64,000 nucleotides of DNA from Rhodopirellula sp. (GTDB taxonomy: Bacteria > Planctomycetota > Planctomycetia > Pirellulales > Pirellulaceae). Shown here piece after piece: positions 29,221 to 37,874 of the stretch (its first letter is position 1; every line of letters begins with the position of its first letter). The position numbers and the translations under genes were made by a program. The stretch spans positions 27,132-91,131 of the forward strand of contig NZHC01000130.1 in NCBI GenBank assembly GCA_002689655.1, written 5' to 3'. The notes beneath the pieces were generated by a model, which saw only the letters and a program-made list of their open reading frames with translations, did not search any database and had not been told where the DNA came from.

Positions 29221-30465
29221 TTACATTTGTGCTGAGGCCGCTTTCGCACGCGAGATTGATGCGTCCATGTCATCGAAAACCTTTGCAGTGCCCTCGTCAA
29301 AAATGCGACCGATCAGAAGGTTTGTGACGCTGCCACGGTGCTCAGGATGCTCTTTCATGAATCGGCCGATGCTGAATTCCTTTGTGTAGAAAGCTTGCAC
29401 CAGTTTGCGGATTAACTTGGCACCTTCTTTGAAGTCTCCACACCAAGATCCCAGTTGCTGCTCAGAGAGGTTGCCTGTTTTCAGGCCCTCAGCGACAGCA
29501 TCGCCAGCCCTGACCCCCATTTCCAAAGCAAAATAAACACCTGAGGAATAGACAGGATCAATAAAACCGAGAGCGTCGCCGACTAAAACCCAACCGTCAC
29601 CAGCATTCGCTTTGGTCATGTACGAAAATTCTTTGGCGGTGCGAATGTCACCTAATTGCTTGGCGTTAGCGAGCCTTGGCTTTAACCCGGGGCATCGCTC
29701 GAGCTCCTCAAAGAATACTTGCTCCGGTTTGCCGCGGCCCTTGAGCAAGTAGTCGTTGTCGGACACGCAACCAATGCTGGTAATCCCGCGCGAGAGCGGA
29801 ATGAACCAAAACCATGCTTCCTTATTCTCGGTATTCATGATGATGGTGGCGCCTTCGTTGTCCCCTTCGCCACGCACTGCATCTTTGTAATAGGTCCAGA
29901 TGGCCGCCTTCTTCAAGTCCGGGTCGATTTGTTTGAGCCCCAGTTTGTTAGCGATGAAGGACTGTTGACCTGTTCCGTCAATCACCACGCGACAGTCGAT
30001 CTCTTTCAGTTCGTCGTTCGACTGCTTGACCACAACACCGCACGCGGCGCCAGATTCGTCAAATCTGACGTCGACAAGGCGGGTGCGATCGTAGCAGTCT
30101 GCCCCTAGTTCAGCCGCTCGGTCGAACAACATCTTGTCAAACTCGCTGCGTTCGACCTGCCAAGTCTCGCTACATGCCCGGTCATCGTGCTCGCGGAAGA
30201 AGAACGGATCCGATTCTGTACCCTTGTGGGTAATGAACTGCACGCTTTTCTTGACTTGCCAGCCGTTTGTTCGTATCCGGTCCGTCAGCCCTAGACGTTG
30301 CAGTGGCCAAAACGTTTCGGGCATCAGCGACTCACCAACGTGGAAACGCGGCACCGCTTCCCGCTCGATGAGCAGGGTGTCGCAACCGGACTCGGCCACG
30401 ATAGCCGCAGCGGATGCTCCCCCGGGGCCGCCACCAATGACAACGCAATCGTACTGTGATTTCAT
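29221..30465 (-). CDS. FAD-dependent oxidoreductase of the flavin-dependent halogenase family
   Basis: GGGPGG, RFHVGES, GWQVKK (Lys), WFWFIP and GDALGFIDPVYSSGV. Confidence 0.8.
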   Translation of the reverse strand: MKSQYDCVVIGGGPGGASAAAIVAESGCDTLLIEREAVPRFHVGESLMPETFWPLQRLGLTDRIRTNGWQVKKSVQFITHKGTESDPFFFREHDDRACSETWQVERSEFDKMLFDRAAELGADCYDRTRLVDVRFDESGAACGVVVKQSNDELKEIDCRVVIDGTGQQSFIANKLGLKQIDPDLKKAAIWTYYKDAVRGEGDNEGATIIMNTENKEAWFWFIPLSRGITSIGCVSDNDYLLKGRGKPEQVFFEELERCPGLKPRLANAKQLGDIRTAKEFSYMTKANAGDGWVLVGDALGFIDPVYSSGVYFALEMGVRAGDAVAEGLKTGNLSEQQLGSWCGDFKEGAKLIRKLVQAFYTKEFSIGRFMKEHPEHRGSVTNLLIGRIFDEGTAKVFDDMDASISRAKAASAQM

Positions 30466-30876
30466 CTTTTCTTGCTTCTGATTGGGGTTTGCCAGTGCCA
30501 CGGCGATTCCTCTCGCCGTTCACACGAACTACAGATGATTATAGTCGCTTGTTAACCCTTGCTCGAGATTGTTCCATCGCGGAGCCGACTCCAATCGCAC
30601 ACAAAGTGTCGGCGGGTGTCTGGTTTTCTGCGGTTTTTTTGGGATGTTCGGACGTTTGCTGCGCTAAATCGTCGGCTGAGCAGAAGATTTTCCTCTGGAA
30701 TGAATGCTTCATTGTTTAGTTGATCAGACGCTACCGCTTCAAGAGGTGAAGGTTACGGCTGAACATAAAGGGGGTGTTTCCTATACAATCGACGAATTGT
30801 CGCAGGCCGTGAAACTTCAGCAAGTTGTGCATGCGGACTCGCCAATCATTCCACTCCCAATCGCTTCGGGTTATTT

Positions 30877-32670
30877 ATGCCACTCCGACATCTCTCAAAG
30901 TTTGCGTTCTTGCTTTTTTGTTCTGTACTTTTCGGGCCTAGTTGCTGCGTGGCACACGCAGAGACGAAACCTAACATCGTGATCGTGATTACCGACGACC
31001 AAGGTTACGGCGATTTGTCCTGCCACGGGAATCCAGTTCTGAAGACACCCAATCTTGATGCACTGCACGCTGATGCAGTCAGGCTTATTGATTATCACGT
31101 TGCACCAACGTGTTCACCCACAAGAGCGGCGTTTTTGACTGGGCATTGGACCAATCGCACGGGTGTTTGGCACACGATTATGGGGCGGTCCATGCTGCGT
31201 GAGAGTGAAGTGACGATGGGCCAAGTATTCAAAGACAACGGGTACGCCACGGGAATGTTTGGTAAGTGGCATTTAGGTGACAACTATCCGTTCCGTCCAG
31301 AAGATCGTGGCTTCACAGAAGTAATGCGGCATGGCGGTGGTGGTGTGGGACAGACACCCGACTATTGGGACAATGCCTATTTCGATGGCAGTTACTGGCA
31401 CAATGGCAAGCCCGAAGCTGTCGAGGGTTTTTGCACGGATGTGTTTTTCCGCTATGCCAAGGACTTTATCAAAACACAGAAAGATGCGGGAAAGCCTTTT
31501 CTGGCCTACATTGCCACCAATGCACCCCATGGTCCCATGCATTCTCCCGAGGAATTCAGCGAGCCCTATCAGGACCAGAATGTCAATTTGGCAAACTTTT
31601 ACGGCATGATCGCGAACATCGATCAGAATGTAGGCGAGTTGCGGGCCTTCCTCGATCAGCAAGGACTGGCCGAGAATACGATCTTTATCTTTACAACCGA
31701 CAATGGAACGTCTTCGGGTGACCGCGTTTTCAACGCCGGCATGCGTGGAAAGAAAGGTAGCGAATATGACGGCGGGCACCGTGTTCCAATGTTCGTACGG
31801 TGGCCAGGTGGCGAACTGACGGGGGGACGTGATGTTGAGACCATCACCGCCTACGTTGACGTCTTGCCGACCCTGATTGATCTATGTGAGGTTGAGGCCC
31901 CCAAGAACATCAAGTTCGACGGCGTTTCAATCACGCCATTATTGAATGGTAAGCGACCCGATACCTGGCCTGATCGAATTTTGGTAACAGATTCTCAGCG
32001 GGTGAAAGATCCGATCAAATGGCGAAAAAGTGCCGTCATGACTTCAATGTGGCGTTTGAATAACGGGAAAGAACTCTACAACATCAAGTCGGATCCGGGC
32101 CAAAAAACGAATGTTGCAGCAACGCATCCCCAAGTGGTGCAGCGTCTGACTGACTTTTACAACCAATGGTGGTCTGAAATTGAACCCTCGTTTCAAAACG
32201 CGACCGCCATTTACCTCGGCCATCCCGCCGACAATCCTGCTCGTTTGACATCGCACGATTGGATCACCACCGGATCGACTCCTTGGAACCAGAGCCATGT
32301 GCGTCGGGCTATGAATGGAAAAGGAAATACGGGTTTTTGGAATGTGAAAGTGTCTGAGCCCGGGGAGTATCAGTTCCGTCTTCGACGTTGGCCCGAAGAG
32401 GTTGATCTACCGATTGCTGCACCGCTTGCACCCGGGGCATCCGTGCCAGGCGCAAAAGCCTACCGCACTGCTGATGGTGTTGCCATCGAGCCACGCAAGG
32501 CAACCTTGCAAATTGGTGACGTCACTGTCTCTAAACCGATTGAAAAAAATGCCAAAGAAGTCACGTTCGATTTGACAATCAAAGCCGGTAAAAAAACCTT
32601 ATCAGCATCGTTTGAATCTGAGGACGGAACGGTCCACGGAGCCTACTTTGTCTACGTGACTAAAAAGTGA
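30877..32670 (+). CDS. Arylsulfatase (Cys-type) with C-terminal extension
   Basis: KPNIVIVITDDQGYGD, CSPTRAAFLTG, FGKWHLG and TDNG. Confidence 0.94.
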   Translation: MPLRHLSKFAFLLFCSVLFGPSCCVAHAETKPNIVIVITDDQGYGDLSCHGNPVLKTPNLDALHADAVRLIDYHVAPTCSPTRAAFLTGHWTNRTGVWHTIMGRSMLRESEVTMGQVFKDNGYATGMFGKWHLGDNYPFRPEDRGFTEVMRHGGGGVGQTPDYWDNAYFDGSYWHNGKPEAVEGFCTDVFFRYAKDFIKTQKDAGKPFLAYIATNAPHGPMHSPEEFSEPYQDQNVNLANFYGMIANIDQNVGELRAFLDQQGLAENTIFIFTTDNGTSSGDRVFNAGMRGKKGSEYDGGHRVPMFVRWPGGELTGGRDVETITAYVDVLPTLIDLCEVEAPKNIKFDGVSITPLLNGKRPDTWPDRILVTDSQRVKDPIKWRKSAVMTSMWRLNNGKELYNIKSDPGQKTNVAATHPQVVQRLTDFYNQWWSEIEPSFQNATAIYLGHPADNPARLTSHDWITTGSTPWNQSHVRRAMNGKGNTGFWNVKVSEPGEYQFRLRRWPEEVDLPIAAPLAPGASVPGAKAYRTADGVAIEPRKATLQIGDVTVSKPIEKNAKEVTFDLTIKAGKKTLSASFESEDGTVHGAYFVYVTKK

Positions 32671-32894
32671 AAGAGAGAAATCCTCAGGGCGGCGGCAAGA
32701 TGCAGGTCGCTCAAAAGCAGCCCGCTCCAATGAATACAGGTGTTGGGGGCTTTCGGAGGCATGGAAGCCAGATGGAATGGCCTCCGCACGTGACTTTCGA
32801 AAGCTACCCAGATTACTGCGGGAACTTGTTCCAGGGGATTTGGCGGGCGCGTTCCGTTCCCCTGAAATTAATTTCTCATTGAAGGTGATGATGG

Positions 32895-33863
32895 ATGAAT
32901 AGGCATGTAACACGACGCGTATTTTTGGGGGCCACCGTTTCCTCCTTATCACTTTCGAACAACGGTGTGACGTCGGGTGCTGGTTCGGATCAAAATCTAG
33001 GCGTGGATCAGAAAAAAACTGGGTGGATCGATGCTCACGTGCACGTGTGGACGCCGGATGTTGATCGTTATCCAATCGACACGCGCCGTTACTCCGTCGA
33101 TGACATGGTGCCGGCAAGTTTTACGCCCCAGCAACTTATGGCGGAATGCCAGCCAGCCGGCGTTGAGCGTGTCGTCCTGATACAGATGAGTTTTTACAAT
33201 ACGGACAATTCCTACCTGCTTGATGTGATCAAGAAGCACCCAGGAGTTTTCTCGGGGGTCGCTATTGTTGATCATCACGCTGCGGACTTGCCCACGCAAA
33301 TCGAAGCTTTATCCGCGGGGGGGGTTCGTGGATTTCGCATCAGTCGTCGTGGTGAGGGGGCAGGCAACTGGTTGACCGATCCTGGTATGGCAAGACTTTG
33401 GAAAATCGCTGGCCGCCATGGATTGAGTCTATGTCCATTGATCAATCCACGCGACTTTGCTGTGATTGACCAGTTGTGCCTTAAGTATCCTGAGACTCGC
33501 GTGGTGATTGATCATTTTGGCCGTGTAGGAGTGACGGGGGAAATTGTGCCGGCACAACTCAACTCTCTGTGCAAGCTTGCTCGACACCCCAACGTCCATG
33601 TCAAAACATCGGCTTTTTATGCTCTGGGAAAGAAGCAACCGCCCTACAAAGATTTGCTTCCCATGCTTCGCCGGGTCGTTGATTCGTTTTCGCCGCAGCG
33701 ACTGATGTGGGCCAGCGATTGCCCCTATCAAGTTCAAGGAAAGCACGACTATCAGTCCTCGATTGACTTGGTAGGTGACCATCTGGAATCGTTGTCAAAA
33801 ACAGATCGTCAATGGATTCTTCGTGACACAAGTGAAAAAGTATTTTTCAACAAAGTGTCCTAA
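32895..33863 (+). CDS. Amidohydrolase_2 family (L-fuconolactonase-like), Tat leader
   Basis: TRRVFLG leader, IDAHVHVW, VIDHFG and LMWASDCP. Confidence 0.85.
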   Translation: MNRHVTRRVFLGATVSSLSLSNNGVTSGAGSDQNLGVDQKKTGWIDAHVHVWTPDVDRYPIDTRRYSVDDMVPASFTPQQLMAECQPAGVERVVLIQMSFYNTDNSYLLDVIKKHPGVFSGVAIVDHHAADLPTQIEALSAGGVRGFRISRRGEGAGNWLTDPGMARLWKIAGRHGLSLCPLINPRDFAVIDQLCLKYPETRVVIDHFGRVGVTGEIVPAQLNSLCKLARHPNVHVKTSAFYALGKKQPPYKDLLPMLRRVVDSFSPQRLMWASDCPYQVQGKHDYQSSIDLVGDHLESLSKTDRQWILRDTSEKVFFNKVS

Positions 33864-33872
33864 TTGAAGAGA

Positions 33873-34451
33873 CTACCAGTTTAGAAATCGTTTTAGTAAT
33901 TCAATTCCCGGCTCGGTTAGAAAACTTTCAGGGTGAAATTGCCAACCTTCGAGAGGGTATTCGGTATGCCGCACGCCCATGATTTGCCTTTCACCCCCCG
34001 TGTCAGTCCAGGCAGAGACTGTCAGCTCTTTCGGCAACGTCGTCGGTTTGATGACGAGGCTGTGGTAACGTGTTGCCACAAATGGGTTGGCGATTCCTGC
34101 AAAAAGTCCTTCGTTATCGTGCTCGATGTGATCGGTTTTACCGTGCATCAGTTGCGGCGCGCGAACGATGCTACCACCAAATGCCTGCCCAATCGATTGA
34201 TGGCCCAGGCATACACCCAAAATGGGTACCCGGCCAGCAAAACGCTTAATGCAGTCAACGCTTATGCCAGCTTCGTTGGGGGTGCATGGACCCGGCGAGA
34301 CCAAGATGCGTGATGGTGACATGGCATCGATCTGAGCTAACGACAAATTGTCGTTGCGAAATACACGGATTTCCGCGGTAGGGTCAATTTCACCCAGTCG
34401 CTGCACAAGATTGTAGGTGAAGGAATCGTAGTTATCGATCACGATTACCAT
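33873..34451 (-). CDS. trpG: Anthranilate/aminodeoxychorismate synthase component II (class I GATase)
   Basis: IDNYDSFTYNL, SPGP, GVCLGHQ and QFHPES. TrpG cannot be distinguished from PabA from sequence alone. Confidence 0.92.
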   Translation of the reverse strand: MVIVIDNYDSFTYNLVQRLGEIDPTAEIRVFRNDNLSLAQIDAMSPSRILVSPGPCTPNEAGISVDCIKRFAGRVPILGVCLGHQSIGQAFGGSIVRAPQLMHGKTDHIEHDNEGLFAGIANPFVATRYHSLVIKPTTLPKELTVSAWTDTGGERQIMGVRHTEYPLEGWQFHPESFLTEPGIELLKRFLNW

Positions 34452-34535
34452 GGCGCACGCTTCGCTGATGATGTCAATGCTAAAATAAAATGTAACGTAA
34501 AAAAGATAATCTTGTCCTACCAGCTTAAACGCTCT

Positions 34536-34564
34536 TTAGCCAGTTCGGATACCGTGCCTATAAT
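34536..34564 (+). promoter_or_regulatory. Possible sigma70-type promoter for the DUF2617-hisA/F-like pair
   Basis: TTAGCC-N17-TATAAT in an AT-rich divergent intergenic region. The -10 is perfect; the -35 matches only 3/6. Confidence 0.35.
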
Positions 34565-34756
34565 ACACTTAGTGCAAATCAGGCAAGTGTTTGTACTGCG
34601 AGTCCTGAATTCGTATTTCGAGAACAGGCAACGATTAATTATTCATTCCTAAAGTTATGCCGATTGGCTGACTGCGGAACTTAACCGATGAGACATTTGT
34701 CCCGCGTGACAAGTCAACTTCGGACTTTATACTCGTTCGTGTTACGGAACTCCATT

Positions 34757-35311
34757 GTGCTCTCGGTCCGCCCCAAAGTCGCCGAACTGGCGTTTCAGGT
34801 ATTCAGCCGGTCATTGCATCCCGAACTCTACACTCTTCACAAGAGTCGTCGCGTTGAACGTACACGTTACGAGGCGCAAGTTGACATAACCAATTGCGGC
34901 CATGTCATCACGTGGAATGGCGGAGGTGTGACGATCTGTGAAGTTGCAACGAGTGCTCACCAACCACTGCCTAAGCGTCGATGCTTGTTGGCCAAGTCTT
35001 TGAAAGGCAGTCGCACCGAGCGAGCCCAGTGCCGTGATGGAGTCGAGTATCGAACCAGTTTCCAGTTGGAGTCGGTCGAACCAGATCTTTTCTGGATGGT
35101 TCAACAGCAATTAGGTGAGGGGCCCACCGAGGGTTTGCTGCACACGTTTGACGCGAGTGGGCGAATGGCTTTGGGGGCGTTGAGTTATGTCAATGTGGAA
35201 ACGCGTCAAAACTCGATGCTTGTCCAAGCGATCCACACTTTTCCCGATGACTACGCGATCGTAAAAGTCGAGTCAGTATTCTCATTGCCCGCCGACAAAA
35301 ACGCGGTTTGA
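34757..35311 (+). CDS. DUF2617 family protein
   Basis: GTG start MLSVRPKVAELAFQVFSRSLHPEL and C-terminal HTFPDDYAIVKVESVF. Confidence 0.75.
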   Translation: MLSVRPKVAELAFQVFSRSLHPELYTLHKSRRVERTRYEAQVDITNCGHVITWNGGGVTICEVATSAHQPLPKRRCLLAKSLKGSRTERAQCRDGVEYRTSFQLESVEPDLFWMVQQQLGEGPTEGLLHTFDASGRMALGALSYVNVETRQNSMLVQAIHTFPDDYAIVKVESVFSLPADKNAV

Positions 35312-36144
35312 CCGTGGGCTTTCCGAAATGGTCTTTTGGTGACCTCGCAGGAGTTATCGATCTGGCGGGTGGCAAGGCGGTGCACGCGATCGCAGGGCAT
35401 CGGGCAAGTTACCAACCGGTAAAGTTATCTGGTGGAGACCCAGTCGCATTAATCCAGCAGTACCGTAGAGTCGGTATCCGTTCGTTTTATATCGCCGATC
35501 TTGATGCGATCAGCGGTCAATTTTTGCAGGCTACCTTGCTCGATGAGATCGTTGCAGCGGTCGACGGCGATGTTTGGGTTGATCTGGGTTGGTCCGGTGC
35601 TGAATCAGAGGCAGTGGTTGATGCTATCGCTGCGTTGGTGGACTCGCACCCCTGCTTGCGTGTCATCGCTGCTACCGAGACGGCGGATTCCCCCCAAGCG
35701 CTGACTCGTTTGGCAGAACGATTGCCGGTTGAGCGAATTTGTCTGGGGCTCGATTTTCGGGGAGGTCAGTTCCTTGTTTCGAAGAAGCTGATGGCTAATC
35801 AGCCGCATGCTCGTGCTTGGGCAGCGAAGGGTTGGGAGCACGAGGGGGCCGCTCGTGCAGTAGGTGGGAACGAGTTGGATGTTGTCTTTGCTGCGACCCC
35901 ATCTCAGTGGATTGATCATGCGAGCACGCTCGGGATTCATCGCCTCGTGATCCTTGATATCGCTAGCGTGGGTAAGCAGGTGGGGGCGGTGACGGGAGAT
36001 GTGTGCCGTAGCATCAAACAGGCGAATCCGAATTTTTGCATTTGGTCTGGTGGTGGGATACGAAATCCATCGGACGCAAATCAATTAATTCAGCAGGGTT
36101 GTGACCGCTGCTTGATTGCAACCGCTTTGCATGGATTGCTTTGA
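35308..36144 (+). CDS. HisA/HisF-related TIM-barrel protein (TIGR00734-like, associated with H4MPT/C1-transfer cofactor synthesis)
   Basis: VIDLAGGKAVHA..G.RASYQP, YIADLDAI, LDIASVG and GGGIR; 4-bp overlap with the DUF2617 gene. Confidence 0.8.
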   Translation: MTVGFPKWSFGDLAGVIDLAGGKAVHAIAGHRASYQPVKLSGGDPVALIQQYRRVGIRSFYIADLDAISGQFLQATLLDEIVAAVDGDVWVDLGWSGAESEAVVDAIAALVDSHPCLRVIAATETADSPQALTRLAERLPVERICLGLDFRGGQFLVSKKLMANQPHARAWAAKGWEHEGAARAVGGNELDVVFAATPSQWIDHASTLGIHRLVILDIASVGKQVGAVTGDVCRSIKQANPNFCIWSGGGIRNPSDANQLIQQGCDRCLIATALHGLL

Positions 36145-36235
36145 CCAGAAGGTGTCGTGATCACATTTCTTAAGTCGCGAACCTTGGCCGTCGCTGCTCG
36201 ATCAACGCAGCGCAGTTATCCGGTAGCCGCAGTTT

Positions 36236-37015
36236 TCAGTCCTCGATCGCCATTTCGAAGCGAGTGATGGAATTGGCTCTGCCGGATGTATTCGCGTCAA
36301 CCACAGCTCCGCAAAGCCGGACATCGCGCGTCGCAACGTGAAAGTGGTATGGTTCAAAAGATCGCGTGGTCTGCATGACTCGCCGGACATCGCGACCGAT
36401 GATGCTGTCGTATGGGCCGGACATGCCAACATCACACTGAAAGGCTGTGCCATTTTCCATGACATGTGCATCAGCCGTGGGAACATGGGTGTGCGTGCCC
36501 AAGACGGCGGTGACTTTTCCATCGAGATAGCGTGCGAGGACCTGCTTGTCACTTGTCGCTTCGGCGTGAATATCTACCAGGATGTGTTTTGCTGAATTGC
36601 CAATTTCCTCAAGTGCAGTATCCACAGCATCAAATGGGCAGTCTACCGGACGCATGTAGACCCGACCCAGTAGTGAGATGATTCCAAGAGGACCTGCGGG
36701 AGTCTCTACGATCGTCCATGTTCGCCCTGTGGCATCGCCGGGATAATTGGCAGGTTTGACCATCCGTTTACTGGTTTCGAGTATCGGAATGATCTCTTTG
36801 CATCGATAGATGTGGTCACCCAGGGTTATTGCATCTACCCCTGCCTCAAGCAGACGTTTGTATTGACGTGGCATCAGCCCAGAGCCATCGGATGCGTTCT
36901 CGGCGTTGACGACCAAGGCATCCAGCTTTTCCTCGGCGCGTATAGCTCCAGCGTGTTTCAGAACCGCTGAGTAACCGGGTTTACCAACAATATCGCCAAG
37001 AAACAGGATACGCAT
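36236..37015 (-). CDS. ymdB: TIGR00282/YmdB metallophosphoesterase
   Basis: MRILFLGDIVG, NAENAS, TLGDH, DIHAEATSDK, GTHTHVPTAD and DVGMSG. Confidence 0.92.
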   Translation of the reverse strand: MRILFLGDIVGKPGYSAVLKHAGAIRAEEKLDALVVNAENASDGSGLMPRQYKRLLEAGVDAITLGDHIYRCKEIIPILETSKRMVKPANYPGDATGRTWTIVETPAGPLGIISLLGRVYMRPVDCPFDAVDTALEEIGNSAKHILVDIHAEATSDKQVLARYLDGKVTAVLGTHTHVPTADAHVMENGTAFQCDVGMSGPYDSIIGRDVRRVMQTTRSFEPYHFHVATRDVRLCGAVVDANTSGRANSITRFEMAIED

Positions 37016-37295
37016 GACGCAGCATGAAAGTTTCAGGTTTGAAGGGGCCGTTCGCCGAATCACTTCTATCATAATGCATTGAGGGCGGGGCAGCAGCATA
37101 TCACCCACGGCGAACTGCCGGATTTAGCAGTCTTTTGGAACGGTTTTTAGGGCTGTGGCTACAACGCAGAGTGGGAACTCGCAGGTGGATTAAAAGAGCG
37201 GCACAGAACCAGATCCGAAGCTAGGTTATTCGCAGTCATTCCCCGCAGGCAATCGGTTTCGCTGGCTGAAACCCAAGGCGTCAGTTCGCTTGCGC

Positions 37296-37874
37296 TCATT
37301 CAAAGTCAAATGAATCGAGCGAATCTTCAAGTAGTTTGGTTGGAGACGGTTCTGACGCGTCGTTCACTTCTAACTCATCTTTGGACAATTCTCTTACTTG
37401 CACATGCCCCGTGTCTATTTTCACAACGATGATCTGGCTGCCGGCATCAATCGGCATGCCCGTGCTGACAGCGTCGATTTTCTCTCCTTTGATCGTAACA
37501 AGACCACTGGGTAGCAAGTTAGTCTTGGCGATGCCACGCTGCCCCGTTAGCTCATCTAACGGTGTCCCGCTGCTAGTTGTTCTGCAGGGTGGTTGTGTTG
37601 TTTGTCCACGCTTTAGATTCAACATCCGTCTTCCCACAGGTGTGTTTGGCCAAATGCGAATCAAGAACATGATGAAGAAAGGTGATGAGATCGCAATAAA
37701 GATGGAGACGCTGATGCCTGCAGCCATGCTGAATTTGAACGCCAAAACTACAGCGGAGGTGAGCGCGGCAACGGCCATCACGCCAAGCAAACCACCCGTT
37801 GGCAAAAGGAACTCCCCGACCAGAAGAATGTAAAAAATCAGTAGTGCCAATAATGAATAGATGAGATTATTCAT
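37296..37874 (-). CDS. Short NfeD-like protein (TM + C-terminal OB fold)
   Basis: EFLLPTGGLLG, then G..GIAKTNLLPSG.V.I.GEKIDAVSTG. The ATG at 37874 overlaps the upstream stop (ATGA). The ORF-track start at 38351 is an upstream read-through. Confidence 0.85.
   Translation of the reverse strand: MNNLIYSLLALLIFYILLVGEFLLPTGGLLGVMAVAALTSAVVLAFKFSMAAGISVSIFIAISSPFFIMFLIRIWPNTPVGRRMLNLKRGQTTQPPCRTTSSGTPLDELTGQRGIAKTNLLPSGLVTIKGEKIDAVSTGMPIDAGSQIIVVKIDTGHVQVRELSKDELEVNDASEPSPTKLLEDSLDSFDFE

Noticed and set aside
37109-37295. 6S RNA or other ncRNA upstream of ymdB
   Set aside because: No long closing stem or recognisable consensus was seen.
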